The translations under genes were made by a program, and so were the position numbers. From a virus, in the IMG/VR virus record IMGVR_UViG_3300032271_000682, positions 25,796-89,795 of that record: 64,000 bases of DNA. One strand, 5' to 3'. The stretch's first letter is position 1, and every line of letters begins with the position of its first letter. The notes under the pieces are model-generated. The model was not told the origin of the DNA and did not search any database. It saw nothing but the letters and a program-made list of their open reading frames with translations. This document shows, one piece after another, positions 49,617 to 59,642 of this stretch.

Positions 49617-50207
49617 ATGAGTTTAGTCCCAATGGTAGTAGAACAAACATCTCGTGGCGAACGTAGCTATGACATTTATAGTCGTTTGTTACGTGATCGT
49701 ATTATTATGCTACATGACGATGTTAATGAGCAAAGTGCATCTATTATCGTGGCTCAGTTATTGTTCTTGGAGAGTGAAGGAGACAAAGACATTCACTTTT
49801 ATATCAATAGTCCAGGCGGTAGCGTAACTGCTGGTATGAGCATTTATGATACCATGCAGTTTATCAAGTGCGACGTTAGCACAATCGTAATGGGTCAGGC
49901 ATGTAGCATGGGTAGTTTATTGGCTCAAGCTGGTGCAGCAGGCAAGCGATTGATTCTTCCATATGCCAGACATATGATTCATCAACCAAGTGGTGGTGCT
50001 CGTGGTCAAGCTACTGACATGGAAATTCAAGTTAAAGAGATTATTAAAATGAAACGAGAATTAACTCAAATTTACGTTAATCATAACTCAGTTAACAAGA
50101 CCTATGATGAATTATCAAAAGATATGGAACGTGATTTCTTTATGAGTGCTACAGAAGCCGTAGAATATGGTTTAGCAGACAAGATTATCACAAAACGTGG
50201 AGAGTAA
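49617..50207 (+). CDS. clpP: Clp protease proteolytic subunit
   Basis: [33 protein letters not shown]. Confidence 0.96.
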   Translation: MSLVPMVVEQTSRGERSYDIYSRLLRDRIIMLHDDVNEQSASIIVAQLLFLESEGDKDIHFYINSPGGSVTAGMSIYDTMQFIKCDVSTIVMGQACSMGSLLAQAGAAGKRLILPYARHMIHQPSGGARGQATDMEIQVKEIIKMKRELTQIYVNHNSVNKTYDELSKDMERDFFMSATEAVEYGLADKIITKRGE

Positions 50208-50585
50208 TGTTGGTTATTCCAATTGATCATTCAGTACTAAGAAGAAACTTTGAGAAACAATACGAGGCAAGTATGATTCACTCACACAAACGCTATCGCA
50301 GAGTCAAACGTTCTACATATACAGAAGCTCAGAACTGGAACTGTTGCTTAACTGCCACCGAGTATCGACATATTCATGATGATCATATTGAAGATGTCAA
50401 TATGATTGAGATTTGTTTACCATACGATAAACTTCCAGAATTGTTAGAGTCGCAGAGAGATTACTTGGTTGTTAGAGAAAATGAAGAACGTAAGTTGCGT
50501 AAAGAGTGCCCAGCACTGAATACTGCTTGGGAACAATATCAAATCATGCTAGCTTTGGTAAAAAATTAATAAACTAGGAAATAGT

Positions 50586-51326
50586 ATGTCTAATAATTCA
50601 GTAGTAAATGTCACTGTTAGTAATTCTGGTTCAGGATGGACACAAACTAAGGATTGGCCCTTTTTGGTTTCTAAAAATAATTCATTAGAAAAGCGAATAC
50701 GAATTACATATGACTTGTTAGCTGCTAGCGTACATTTATATCGAGTACATGGAAATAATCCAGAAAGATTTAATGGACTAGGACTTGATGAAATCGTACA
50801 GGATATTTCTGATGAAGATTTTAAGTTGGCTGATAACATAGCAGATTATTTTAGTAAAATGATTGTGTTGAGAGAAATGAGAGGAGAGCAGTTGACTGAT
50901 TTTCATCGTGTAGTCGCTGGTTTTCTAACTGACAGATTCATATTTAACTATGAAATAGTCGGTATGATATATCGTTTACCAGAATATTATGATATGGATC
51001 AACGATTCTTAAAAATGACAGACACTTACTTTAATGATCATAAATATGTATCTATATTATCACATAAACAATCTAGAACTTTAAGTCCGATTGATAAGGT
51101 TTATAGAATGACAAAAGGATACAAAGTAGTTCAATATTGGTTCAAGGATAAAGAAACTGGAAACCCAGTGAATATAGATATCGATCATAAAAATAAATTA
51201 TCTCATATATGGGATTATTTCTTTGAAGCTGCTGAAGAACTTGATATTGAGGGTGAATACTATGATTGGACACATCAATTGAAGATATCATGTACTGCTG
51301 TTAAAAATTGGGAATTAAAATTATGA
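50586..51326 (+). CDS. Hypothetical protein
   Basis: 246-aa ORF with AGGA RBS. Confidence 0.65.
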   Translation: MSNNSVVNVTVSNSGSGWTQTKDWPFLVSKNNSLEKRIRITYDLLAASVHLYRVHGNNPERFNGLGLDEIVQDISDEDFKLADNIADYFSKMIVLREMRGEQLTDFHRVVAGFLTDRFIFNYEIVGMIYRLPEYYDMDQRFLKMTDTYFNDHKYVSILSHKQSRTLSPIDKVYRMTKGYKVVQYWFKDKETGNPVNIDIDHKNKLSHIWDYFFEAAEELDIEGEYYDWTHQLKISCTAVKNWELKL

Positions 51327-51697
51327 CATTATTTTATCTATTAATAGCACTTCAACTTAAACATTTTATCGTTGATTTTCCATTACAGACAAAATATCAA
51401 TGGTCGAATAAAGGAACCTATGGTCATTTAGGCGGTGTATTACACGCTGCTCTACATGGTCTGGGAACTTTTACTGTTTTGTTTTTGTTCATTGATGATC
51501 TTACACTGGCTTGGTATATTGCTCTAGCTGATATGTTTATTCATTATCACATTGATTGGGCGAAGATGAATATAAATAAAAGATTGGGTTGGGGTCCAAC
51601 TACACATCCAGAGTTTTGGGTATTGTTAGGTCTAGATCAACTGTTGCATCAGTTAACTTATATAGCAATGATTTTCGCGTTGTATATCTATAAATGA
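51323..51697 (+). CDS. DUF3307-like membrane protein
   Basis: KHFIVDFPLQ, HAALHG, HYHIDWAK, DQLLH. Confidence 0.75.
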   Translation: MTLFYLLIALQLKHFIVDFPLQTKYQWSNKGTYGHLGGVLHAALHGLGTFTVLFLFIDDLTLAWYIALADMFIHYHIDWAKMNINKRLGWGPTTHPEFWVLLGLDQLLHQLTYIAMIFALYIYK

Positions 51698-53168
51698 AAC
51701 CGATTAAAGAATTTGTTAGTGAATATCTTAACAGTGTGGCTGAGCTTGGTAATTTATACAATCGACCTCATTCTTTGAAAGACTGGAACAAAATCTTAGA
51801 GTCTGGTGACTATATCAGCGTTCAATTTCGAAATACAACCGACGGAACTCGTCAGATAGCACAATGGTGTTGTGAGAAGTTCGGAGCAGAACACTACTAT
51901 TGGACAGGTGGGGTATTTTGGTTTGAAACAAAGGAAGCGGCAGTATTATTTGCACTGAGATGGGTATGATGACTGAATACGAATCACAACATAATTACTG
52001 GTTAAGAGATCACGATGTGATTATGGCGGAAATTGAAATGCTTAACAAGACAGACAATACGTGGACTGTTATTCGATTGCTGCAAGGTAAATCGTCATTG
52101 CATTCACGATGGAGTGACTGCGTAAGTTGGTGCTTAGATACTTGGGGTCTCAATGACGAATGGGTATATACAAATCCTGGAGCATTTACTTTTAAGAACG
52201 AAGAAGATGCTGTATTATTCGTATTGAGGTGGGCATAATGTGTTCAATATTCGATCCACCAAACATTCCTAAGAGCGAGTATTACGATATCATATCATGG
52301 AACAAGCGTGGCGAACGAAAATGGTGGTTAATGGAAAAATTAGGATGGCAGGTAGGCGCTACAAAGGAAGAATACGAAAATAATAATATTTGGTGGATAG
52401 AATCTATAACTGGTGGAGATTGTTCTGATGAAATTGTTTCATTCAAACACGAAGCGGATTATATATCATACAAATACAGATGGGACGCTAATACAACAAG
52501 ACAAGATTGGATTCCAATTACTGTTCATTGGACAAATAGAAAGAATACAATAGTATGTAGCAAAGAAGATTATCTTCATTGTGTTGAATGGTGTCAGGAA
52601 AAATTTGGTCAAAGAATGTTACAGGGAACAGATGGAGTTTGGTATTATGCTGGAAATGGAGAATTTGAATTTATGAATGAACAAGACGCAGTATTATTTG
52701 CACTGAGATGGGCATGAAATTAAATATGAAATTAAATACTAATAGTTCTGGAGTTAAACGAGCCCTACAATGGCTAGAACGAGAGTTGTTTCTTTGTACC
52801 GAAGAAGAACTATATTCTCAGTTTGAAAAACAAATGAATTGTAAATTTTCAGAAGACAAAACGGAAATTATCTTCATCACTGAAAATTTAAAATATTGGT
52901 TTACTACTAGATGGAGGTAGAATATGATTTATTTCCATATACAAAGCCATTGTTAAGTAGATTTCCATACTCTATCATAATGACGTATGAAAAGCTTGCA
53001 CATATGCCAGAACTTGAGCCTCAATGTGAATGGCTCAATAAAACACTCAATACACACTGGGGAGAACAATATCTATATCATCGTAGAATTAGTTTTGGTG
53101 TTAAACAAGTAGTATGGTATTTTGTAAAAAAAGAAGATTTAACGCTTTTTGCTCTAAGATGGCTATAA
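51694..53168 (+). other. Tandem array of five paralogous small genes ending F-x-L-R-W or variant
   Basis: Starts at 51694, 51966, 52238, 52714 and 52911; translationally coupled; identical 25-nt tails at 51940 and 52688. Confidence 0.8.
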
Positions 53169-53185
53169 ATTAAAGAAATATTTAG

Positions 53186-53261
53186 TGTTGTAAAAATGCA
53201 ACACTAAAATTTGACATTAAATGGCTTTTTTAGTATAATATTTATATTGAAAGGATAAATA
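53186..53261 (+). promoter_or_regulatory. Palindrome + sigma70 promoter + late motif
   Basis: TGTTG-N8-CAACA 53186-53203; TTGACA(53211)-17-TATAAT; GATAAATAC at 53253. Confidence 0.75.
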
Positions 53262-53266
53262 CTATT

Positions 53267-53452
53267 ATGAAAATCAACGAAGTCGCTTACAAAAATTCAC
53301 AAGTCCTTTTCGAGGAACTCGACAAAGATAACGATACGGGTATTTCTACTAATGATTTAGTCAAGATCGTAGAAGCTCATAATTCTACAGAATGGACTGA
53401 TATGACTATGGAAGAAATGTACGCTATGGAAGAGCGTCTATTAGCTCAATGA
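53267..53452 (+). CDS. Small acidic protein, candidate antitoxin
   Basis: 61 aa, acidic, ATGA-coupled to the RelE-like gene. Confidence 0.5.
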   Translation: MKINEVAYKNSQVLFEELDKDNDTGISTNDLVKIVEAHNSTEWTDMTMEEMYAMEERLLAQ

Positions 53453-53883
53453 TTTTAGAACAAAACTATAAGCCGTATAAACCGTCACAGAGTAAATCTA
53501 CTGAGGCTACTGAATATTCGGTAATAAATAGAACTTGTCCTTTATACTGGGAAACATATAATAAATATAAATCTCTTCGTATAGTAGTAGAACGATTAAG
53601 AGAGTTTAGGATGTTTAAATGTGAACATCCGAACGAAGTTTTCGGCAGCAAAGATTATCCAATGAATCGTAGACTTCCATTGGGTGTTGCTGTTCCGGGA
53701 CTTCTTCACGCTGGAATTACCGATAATCTTTCACTTTTCTATACTATTAGCGGCTCAAGCCCTATTATTTTAAAACAATACGGTATATTTTCTCATGACG
53801 AGGCTGGAATCGGGCAACCAGCTAATATGAATCGTCAACACAGTCTTGCTCAAAAATTTTCCAATCAAGTATTCACAGAGTAA
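53449..53883 (+). CDS. RelE/YafQ-like mRNA interferase
   Basis: KDYPM...LLHAGI.DNLSLFY...LKQYGIFSHDE resembles the YafQ DHPL..HV..D.ILIY..GTH pattern. Confidence 0.55.
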   Translation: MILEQNYKPYKPSQSKSTEATEYSVINRTCPLYWETYNKYKSLRIVVERLREFRMFKCEHPNEVFGSKDYPMNRRLPLGVAVPGLLHAGITDNLSLFYTISGSSPIILKQYGIFSHDEAGIGQPANMNRQHSLAQKFSNQVFTE

Positions 53884-53889
53884 TAAATT

Positions 53890-54738
53890 ATGAAAGTTGC
53901 ATTATGTTCGGACATTCACTTAGAGTTCGCTGATCTAGATATTAAAAATACAGAAAACGCAGATGTGTTATTGTTGGCTGGCGATATTATGATCGCTAAC
54001 GATATGTACGATTTTCCAGAACACGAAATTAAGCCAGAATGGAATAATATTCTTCCTGATAGATATCATAAAGCTCAATCATTTCGTAGCTTTTTGAAAC
54101 GATGTAGCGATGAATTTTCTCATGTATTATATGTAGCAGGAAATCACGAGTATTATCACGGTAAATGGAATCAAACAATCGACACATTACGAACAGAATG
54201 TGCTAAATTTCCTAACATTCATTTTATGGAAAATGATGTATTTGTTCTTGATGATGTGACGTTTATCGGCGGCACACTATGGACTGATTGTAATAAATCT
54301 GATCCATTGACCATTCGTGTTCTTGCCGATTCTATGAACGATTATCGTTTGATCAGAGTCGAAGATCGTGGTTTCGGGAAATTACGTCCAAGTGATACAG
54401 TTGCGAAGCATCGTAAGATGCTAGAAACTATTAAAGCCACAGTAGATGGGAAATATGATCAAAAATTTGTAGTAGTGGGTCATCATCAACCAAGTAAACT
54501 AAGCGCACATCCACGCTATTTGGATGATCATCATATGGATGGCGGTTATAGCTCTGATTTATCTGAGTTTATGTTGGATCGCCCACAAATCAAATTATGG
54601 GTCGGTGGTCATACACATCATGACTTTGATTACATGATTGGTTCCACACGAGTTGTTTGTAATCCACGTGGATATGTATTTCATGAAAGAGGATCTCAAG
54701 AAGAAGATCCATATTATCCAAAGATCATTGAAGTATAA
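53890..54738 (+). CDS. Calcineurin-like metallophosphoesterase
   Basis: SDIHLE, AGDI, GNHEYY, GHH, GHTH, NPRGY. Confidence 0.92.
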   Translation: MKVALCSDIHLEFADLDIKNTENADVLLLAGDIMIANDMYDFPEHEIKPEWNNILPDRYHKAQSFRSFLKRCSDEFSHVLYVAGNHEYYHGKWNQTIDTLRTECAKFPNIHFMENDVFVLDDVTFIGGTLWTDCNKSDPLTIRVLADSMNDYRLIRVEDRGFGKLRPSDTVAKHRKMLETIKATVDGKYDQKFVVVGHHQPSKLSAHPRYLDDHHMDGGYSSDLSEFMLDRPQIKLWVGGHTHHDFDYMIGSTRVVCNPRGYVFHERGSQEEDPYYPKIIEV

Positions 54739-54739
54739 C

Positions 54740-54777
54740 AAAAATGGGCACATTCGTAAGATATGTGCCCATTTTTT
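54740..54777 (+). terminator. Intrinsic terminator
   Basis: aaaatgggcacat...atgtgcccatttt followed by T run. Confidence 0.85.
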
Positions 54778-54858
54778 ATTGACTATAGTTACTAGTTATG
54801 TTATAATAGTAACATACTGTAATGTTTCACCTACGGTACTAACTTAAAGGAACTACAA

Positions 54859-55122
54859 ATGCAAGTAACTACTAAACAAGGTCGTTTGACCGAAGCTCTC
54901 TTGAATGGTGATCAACTCACCGCTGCTCAAATCGCTGCTAGATTTGATATCAAGAACCCAACCGCCACTGTTAGCGACATTCGCTTTGCTGGCTATGCTG
55001 TTTATGCTAACACTCGTAAAAACAGCAAAGGTCAATCTGTAACTCGGTATCGTATTGGTACTCCCACTCGTAAAGTAATCTCTGCTGGGTATCGTGCTTT
55101 ATCAATGGGTCTAGTTGACTAA
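54859..55122 (+). CDS. Winged helix-turn-helix protein
   Basis: LTAAQIAARFDIKNPTATVSDIR.GY.V; own promoter and AAGGA RBS. Confidence 0.7.
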   Translation: MQVTTKQGRLTEALLNGDQLTAAQIAARFDIKNPTATVSDIRFAGYAVYANTRKNSKGQSVTRYRIGTPTRKVISAGYRALSMGLVD

Positions 55123-55131
55123 TAAATAGTT

Positions 55132-55268
55132 TGTGTTGAGAATTCTACTCAACATACTATTTGTGTAGAATTTCACTATACAAACATAAGAGAATTTCAC
55201 TCTGAATCGGATGACACACTCAATGTCTTGAATAGTTTAAGCGACACTATAGTCCGTAAGTCGCTTAC
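55132..55268 (+). ncRNA. Candidate structured ncRNA with repeated hairpins
   Basis: Three AG-AATTYYA-CT stem-loops plus two more hairpins, following AATAAATA. Confidence 0.45.
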
Positions 55269-55500
55269 TGAATAAAAATTAACCACATCTAAATATGAAA
55301 CTTAAACTTGTTAAATTTAAAGACAATACTTTTGGTATTATGAAAAAAGATACATGGCTTTCTCGCGAAGAATTTTTAGGAGTAGGCAAATATGAATGGT
55401 GGGCAATGCCTTGTATGATACCTAAATATTGTAAATTCAAAACTCAAGAAGAAGCTGAAGCTGCTATGATTTATATGGACATTAGCTATACGGTGATTAA

Positions 55501-57181
55501 ATGAACCAAAGGATTAGAGAACTTGCTATCGAGGCTGGATACACAAAAGATATGGCTGGTATTGGACACTGGGATATGCCAGAGTGTAAAAAGTTCGTCG
55601 AGTTAATTATTGACGAATGTTCACAAGTTTGTTTAGCAAGAGCATCTCAATATCAAGTCAATCATCTTATAACTGATGAAGCGATATTATGTTCAATATG
55701 GATCAAAAAACACTTTGAAATTGAAGGTTCAATTCGACTCAAAGCAGAATTCTGGGACAAAGAATGATTATTAAAGACGCTACTCCTCATCAACAAGTAT
55801 TGGCTGATTTACTAAACAAAAAACTTGACGAATATTATATTGAATATGGGTCAGAACATGTTGCTGATAAAATAAGAGAATTTATTATGACTCATGATGA
55901 GCATACTCAGAAACAAATGAAGGCGGTATCATTAATGACAATTCAACAATTGGCAGATAATATTGGCACTCTTGAAGTTCAGCAAGAAGCACAAGAGAGC
56001 ATAACAAGAATTTTAAAGAAACATTTGCCATGATAGATTGGAAATTTGAAGGTGAGCAATTAGATGCGACAGTTAGTGCCACCCACACGAGCAGAAGTAG
56101 TGGAGAGTTGTATAAATGAAATTAAAAGAACAGTTGGGAGTTAAAAAATGAGTAGTGGACATACATCTAACGATAGAAAATCTATAGGTTTTGATTTAAC
56201 CTCTTCTAGTATGACAGGTTACTTTCTACTGTCTCATCTAGATGGTAATGAATTAAATCCTGATAAAATTTTAATGCAACTGTCCACGAATTCTGTATCC
56301 AGCGGTAATTCGATCAGTTGTAAAAACTCTATTATTATAGATAAAAATCAAACTATAGTACTTTCTCATATGTTTAGACACATGGCTGATTTGATGGACG
56401 AATGGTATGAAAAAAATTCAATTACAATTTCGGAGTTGAAGAATGAACGAACGAATTAGACAACTTGCTGAACAGGCTGGCTGGGACAGTCATCACTCAA
56501 AATTTGATACTAGGATTGAAAAGTTCGCCGAGTTGATTGTAGAAGAATGCCTTGACATTTTGGAAGATGAAGATAATGGCGAACTTGATACCCGCAGTGT
56601 TCGCATTGCCGCAATAAGGATTAAGAAACTTTTCGGAGTTGAAGAATGAAAAAAGTATTTTCGCACTCATATGGTGAAGAAGCATATGGTATCGTTTATC
56701 AAAATGAACTTGGGCTATATGAAGTTTATGAAATTCCACAATATGGTGGTGAGGAACAATACTACAAGACCTACAGATCACTTGATGATGCTGTACTAGC
56801 GGCAAAGTCATTTACTTGACATTTCGGAGTTGAATAATGAACGTAGGTAGATATTTGCGAGGAGATCATCTTCACGTAGGTACATCAAGAATTACTAAAT
56901 CTAAGAAATCAAAAATGAACCATAGAATTGAACAGCTAGCAGCAGAAGCTAAGATTATGACCGAAGAAAGTATTAATATGAAAATTTCATTTAATACTCA
57001 ATTGAAAGCATTTTCTGAAAAGTTCGCTCAATTGATGTTGGAAGAGTGTGCCAGAACAATCAAGCATGAAAGTCTAGTACAATTGGATCCAGAATTTGGT
57101 ATTATCTATTCCCGAGCTATCGTAAACAGATTTGGGTTTACTCTCGATCAACCATTCTTAACAGTAACTCTAAAGGATTAA
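55501..57181 (+). other. Hypervariable small-gene cassette region with MN.RI..LA..A / KFAELI.EEC paralogs
   Basis: Paralogs at 55501, 56443 and ~56914; repeated junction TTTCGGAGTTGAAKAATGA. Confidence 0.7.
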
Positions 57182-57460
57182 ATTATGTATATAGATTCAC
57201 ATATTATTGCAATAGTATTGACAGCATTAGTAACAGGTGTTATAATGTTTATTGCTGGATACATTCATGGTAGTTATCATGAACGTAAAGACTGGAACAG
57301 CTTGATTAACGAGGGTAAACTTCCACATCCATTTGATCGGAGATAAAGAATGAGTGTAAAATATGAGTTGGTTGGTGTTATTGGTGAAGAAAATTACCCA
57401 GTTCTCTCTCTCTTGTAAGATTGTGTTAGCTAGTGGAAAACATTTTGGAACTAAAAATTA

Positions 57461-57760
57461 ATGAAAAGATTTACAGCATATAGAAAAAGTATCTCTGAGC
57501 GAGATACACACAATCATTTTCAGAAAAATGAAGATCATGAACCACAGTTTGAGGGTGTAATTTGGACTGATGGTACAGTTACTCTTAGATGGCTAACTAC
57601 TTGTTCATCTCATTCTGTGTGGAGCAATATTGAGGACTGTCTTAATATTCACGGTCATCCAGAGTATGGTACTGAAATTATATGGCACGATGGTGATCCA
57701 CCAGAAGCATGGAACAAACAATTATTAAATGCTTTAAATATTGAGGATAATAAAAAATGA
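57461..57760 (+). CDS. Conserved-looking phage protein (EGV..TDG.V.LRW...HGH)
   Basis: Motif-rich 99-aa ORF. Confidence 0.65.
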   Translation: MKRFTAYRKSISERDTHNHFQKNEDHEPQFEGVIWTDGTVTLRWLTTCSSHSVWSNIEDCLNIHGHPEYGTEIIWHDGDPPEAWNKQLLNALNIEDNKK

Positions 57761-58019
57761 GTGCATTTTATGGTGGCTTAAACGGTGACGGATTCTTTGG
57801 CGAAGAATATCATGATGATTGGGAGTCAGAAGACTGGAGCAGTGGATATAGCCGAAGACGTTCCAATCAGACATTTTACAATCATAATGAACCAAGATCA
57901 GTTAAGTGTAGAATTTGTGGATTTGAGAATTTAAAGTGGATAGAAACTCCGAGAGGTTGGAGAACAGCATACAGTAGTGGGCTGTTAGCAGGTAAAATAC
58001 ACGCTTGTGGAGGCGGAAT

Positions 58020-58298
58020 ATGAACGAACAAATGAAAGAGGCACTACTTATTCTTCAAGAAGAATGTAGTGAAGTGATTCAAGCTACTAGTAAATGCTTT
58101 AGATTTGGCATTAATGGTATGTATTTACAAGAGTCTAACAGAGATAGACTTGAACAAGAATTGGGTGATGTATTGGCAATGATTGATATTTTAACTAGTC
58201 AGTTTGAAATTTCATCAGATAGACTACTAGAAGCCAAAAAACGTAAATTCAAAAAACTTCAGCAGTGGAGCACACTCGATCTTAAGGATATGGAATAA
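58020..58298 (+). CDS. MazG-like nucleotide pyrophosphohydrolase
   Basis: LQEECSEVIQ...LEQELGDVL (EExxE...ExxD). Confidence 0.8.
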   Translation: MNEQMKEALLILQEECSEVIQATSKCFRFGINGMYLQESNRDRLEQELGDVLAMIDILTSQFEISSDRLLEAKKRKFKKLQQWSTLDLKDME

Positions 58299-58895
58299 TC
58301 ATGGAAATTTTATTATTATTATTTATTGTAGTTACAGCATTTGCGGCAGGCTGGTATAGTAATCAACATGTTATGTTAGGTGCACTTACTGAGATGATTC
58401 AAGAAAACATTGTAGTATTGACATATGAGGTAGAATCAGATCAACATTTTCTATATTATAAAGAAGATGGATCATTTGCAGGGCAGGGAAATTCATTAGA
58501 AGAAGTAGCAAGTAACTTTAGTCGTGATAATAAAGGAATGATCGGACGAGTTATTCCTAGTACTGGAGCAGAATTCTTCATTGTTGACGGTATCATTGAG
58601 TCTGGTGTAGAATGATGAGCTTAAGCTCAACAATAGGTTCAACTGTACAGTATTTGCCAGCCTATGACATATTTGCAAGCGCAGCCAGTGAAGAAATGAT
58701 TATGAAGTATCACACTATCACACAAAAACAATTTGAAGAATTTCAATATTATTATATATTTGATGTACTGAAAGGGTACAGATACGGCGAGGCATTCTGT
58801 ATAAAATTTAATATTTCTAATGCTAGCCCACTATATTACTTTAGAAGTCAAGAAACTTGTGATCGTTGGATTAGAGACAACTATTTGGTGAAAGA

Positions 58896-59405
58896 ATGAA
58901 AGATAAATTTGTAGATTTGTATATGAAACTGGCTCAAGATGTTAGCCAATTGAGCTACGCACGTAGACTTAAAGTAGGCACTGTTATTGTCAAAGATAAT
59001 GTAGTAACATATGGGTATAATGGTACACCAAGTGGATGGGATAATAACTGTGAGTTTCATGAATATGCGGACAAATATGAAAAATATGATGTTGTTAACT
59101 TTGATTTTCCGTTAAACGACTCTGATCCGTTATCTGATGATGCATATGGTAGAGATACATGGTATCGATTAAAAACAAAACCCGAGGTATTGCATTCAGA
59201 GGAAAACGCTTTAATGAAAATTGCTAAGTCTGCTATCAGCAGCGAGGGAGCAACACTGTTCTGTACACATTCTTCCTGTATTGACTGTGCTAAGATGATT
59301 TATCAAGCTGGAATTTTTACAGTATATTATAGAGATCAATATAAAAGCGACGATGGCATAGAGTTTCTCAAGAAAAGCGGAGTTGATGTTAAACGATACA
59401 AATAG
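58896..59405 (+). CDS. dCMP deaminase
   Basis: KVG, GYNGTPSG, HSEENA, SCIDCAK. Confidence 0.92.
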   Translation: MKDKFVDLYMKLAQDVSQLSYARRLKVGTVIVKDNVVTYGYNGTPSGWDNNCEFHEYADKYEKYDVVNFDFPLNDSDPLSDDAYGRDTWYRLKTKPEVLHSEENALMKIAKSAISSEGATLFCTHSSCIDCAKMIYQAGIFTVYYRDQYKSDDGIEFLKKSGVDVKRYK

Positions 59406-59607
59406 TGTTTCACTATATATAAATTTTGGCGAATTACAGTCTGTAATTAGTTGGTGCGAACAGAACTGTCAATTTGATTGGAAATTTGATTATGATGGTC
59501 AAACATCAGAAGAACTTTTTCGAATTCCAGATTCATATGGTAGAAGATATATATTCAAATTTGATAATGATAAAGACACAACACTGTTTGTATTAAGATG
59601 GAAATAA
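59386..59607 (+). CDS. Small protein of the F-x-L-[RK]-W-tail paralog family
   Basis: ISWCEQN...FKFDNDKDTTLFVLRWK. Confidence 0.65.
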   Translation: MLNDTNSVSLYINFGELQSVISWCEQNCQFDWKFDYDGQTSEELFRIPDSYGRRYIFKFDNDKDTTLFVLRWK

Positions 59608-59633
59608 AAAAGGGAACTTTAAGTTCCCTTTTT
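59606..59633. terminator. Bidirectional intrinsic terminator
   Basis: A-run/gggaact...agttccc/T-run between convergent genes. Confidence 0.85.
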
Positions 59634-59642
59634 CTTGGTCAA

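Noticed and set aside
55132-55203. Mini CRISPR array or Cas12a-repeat mimic (AATTTC/AATTCTAC similarity)
   Set aside because: Only the loops recur, stems differ, there are no spacer-length unique segments, and no cas genes are present.
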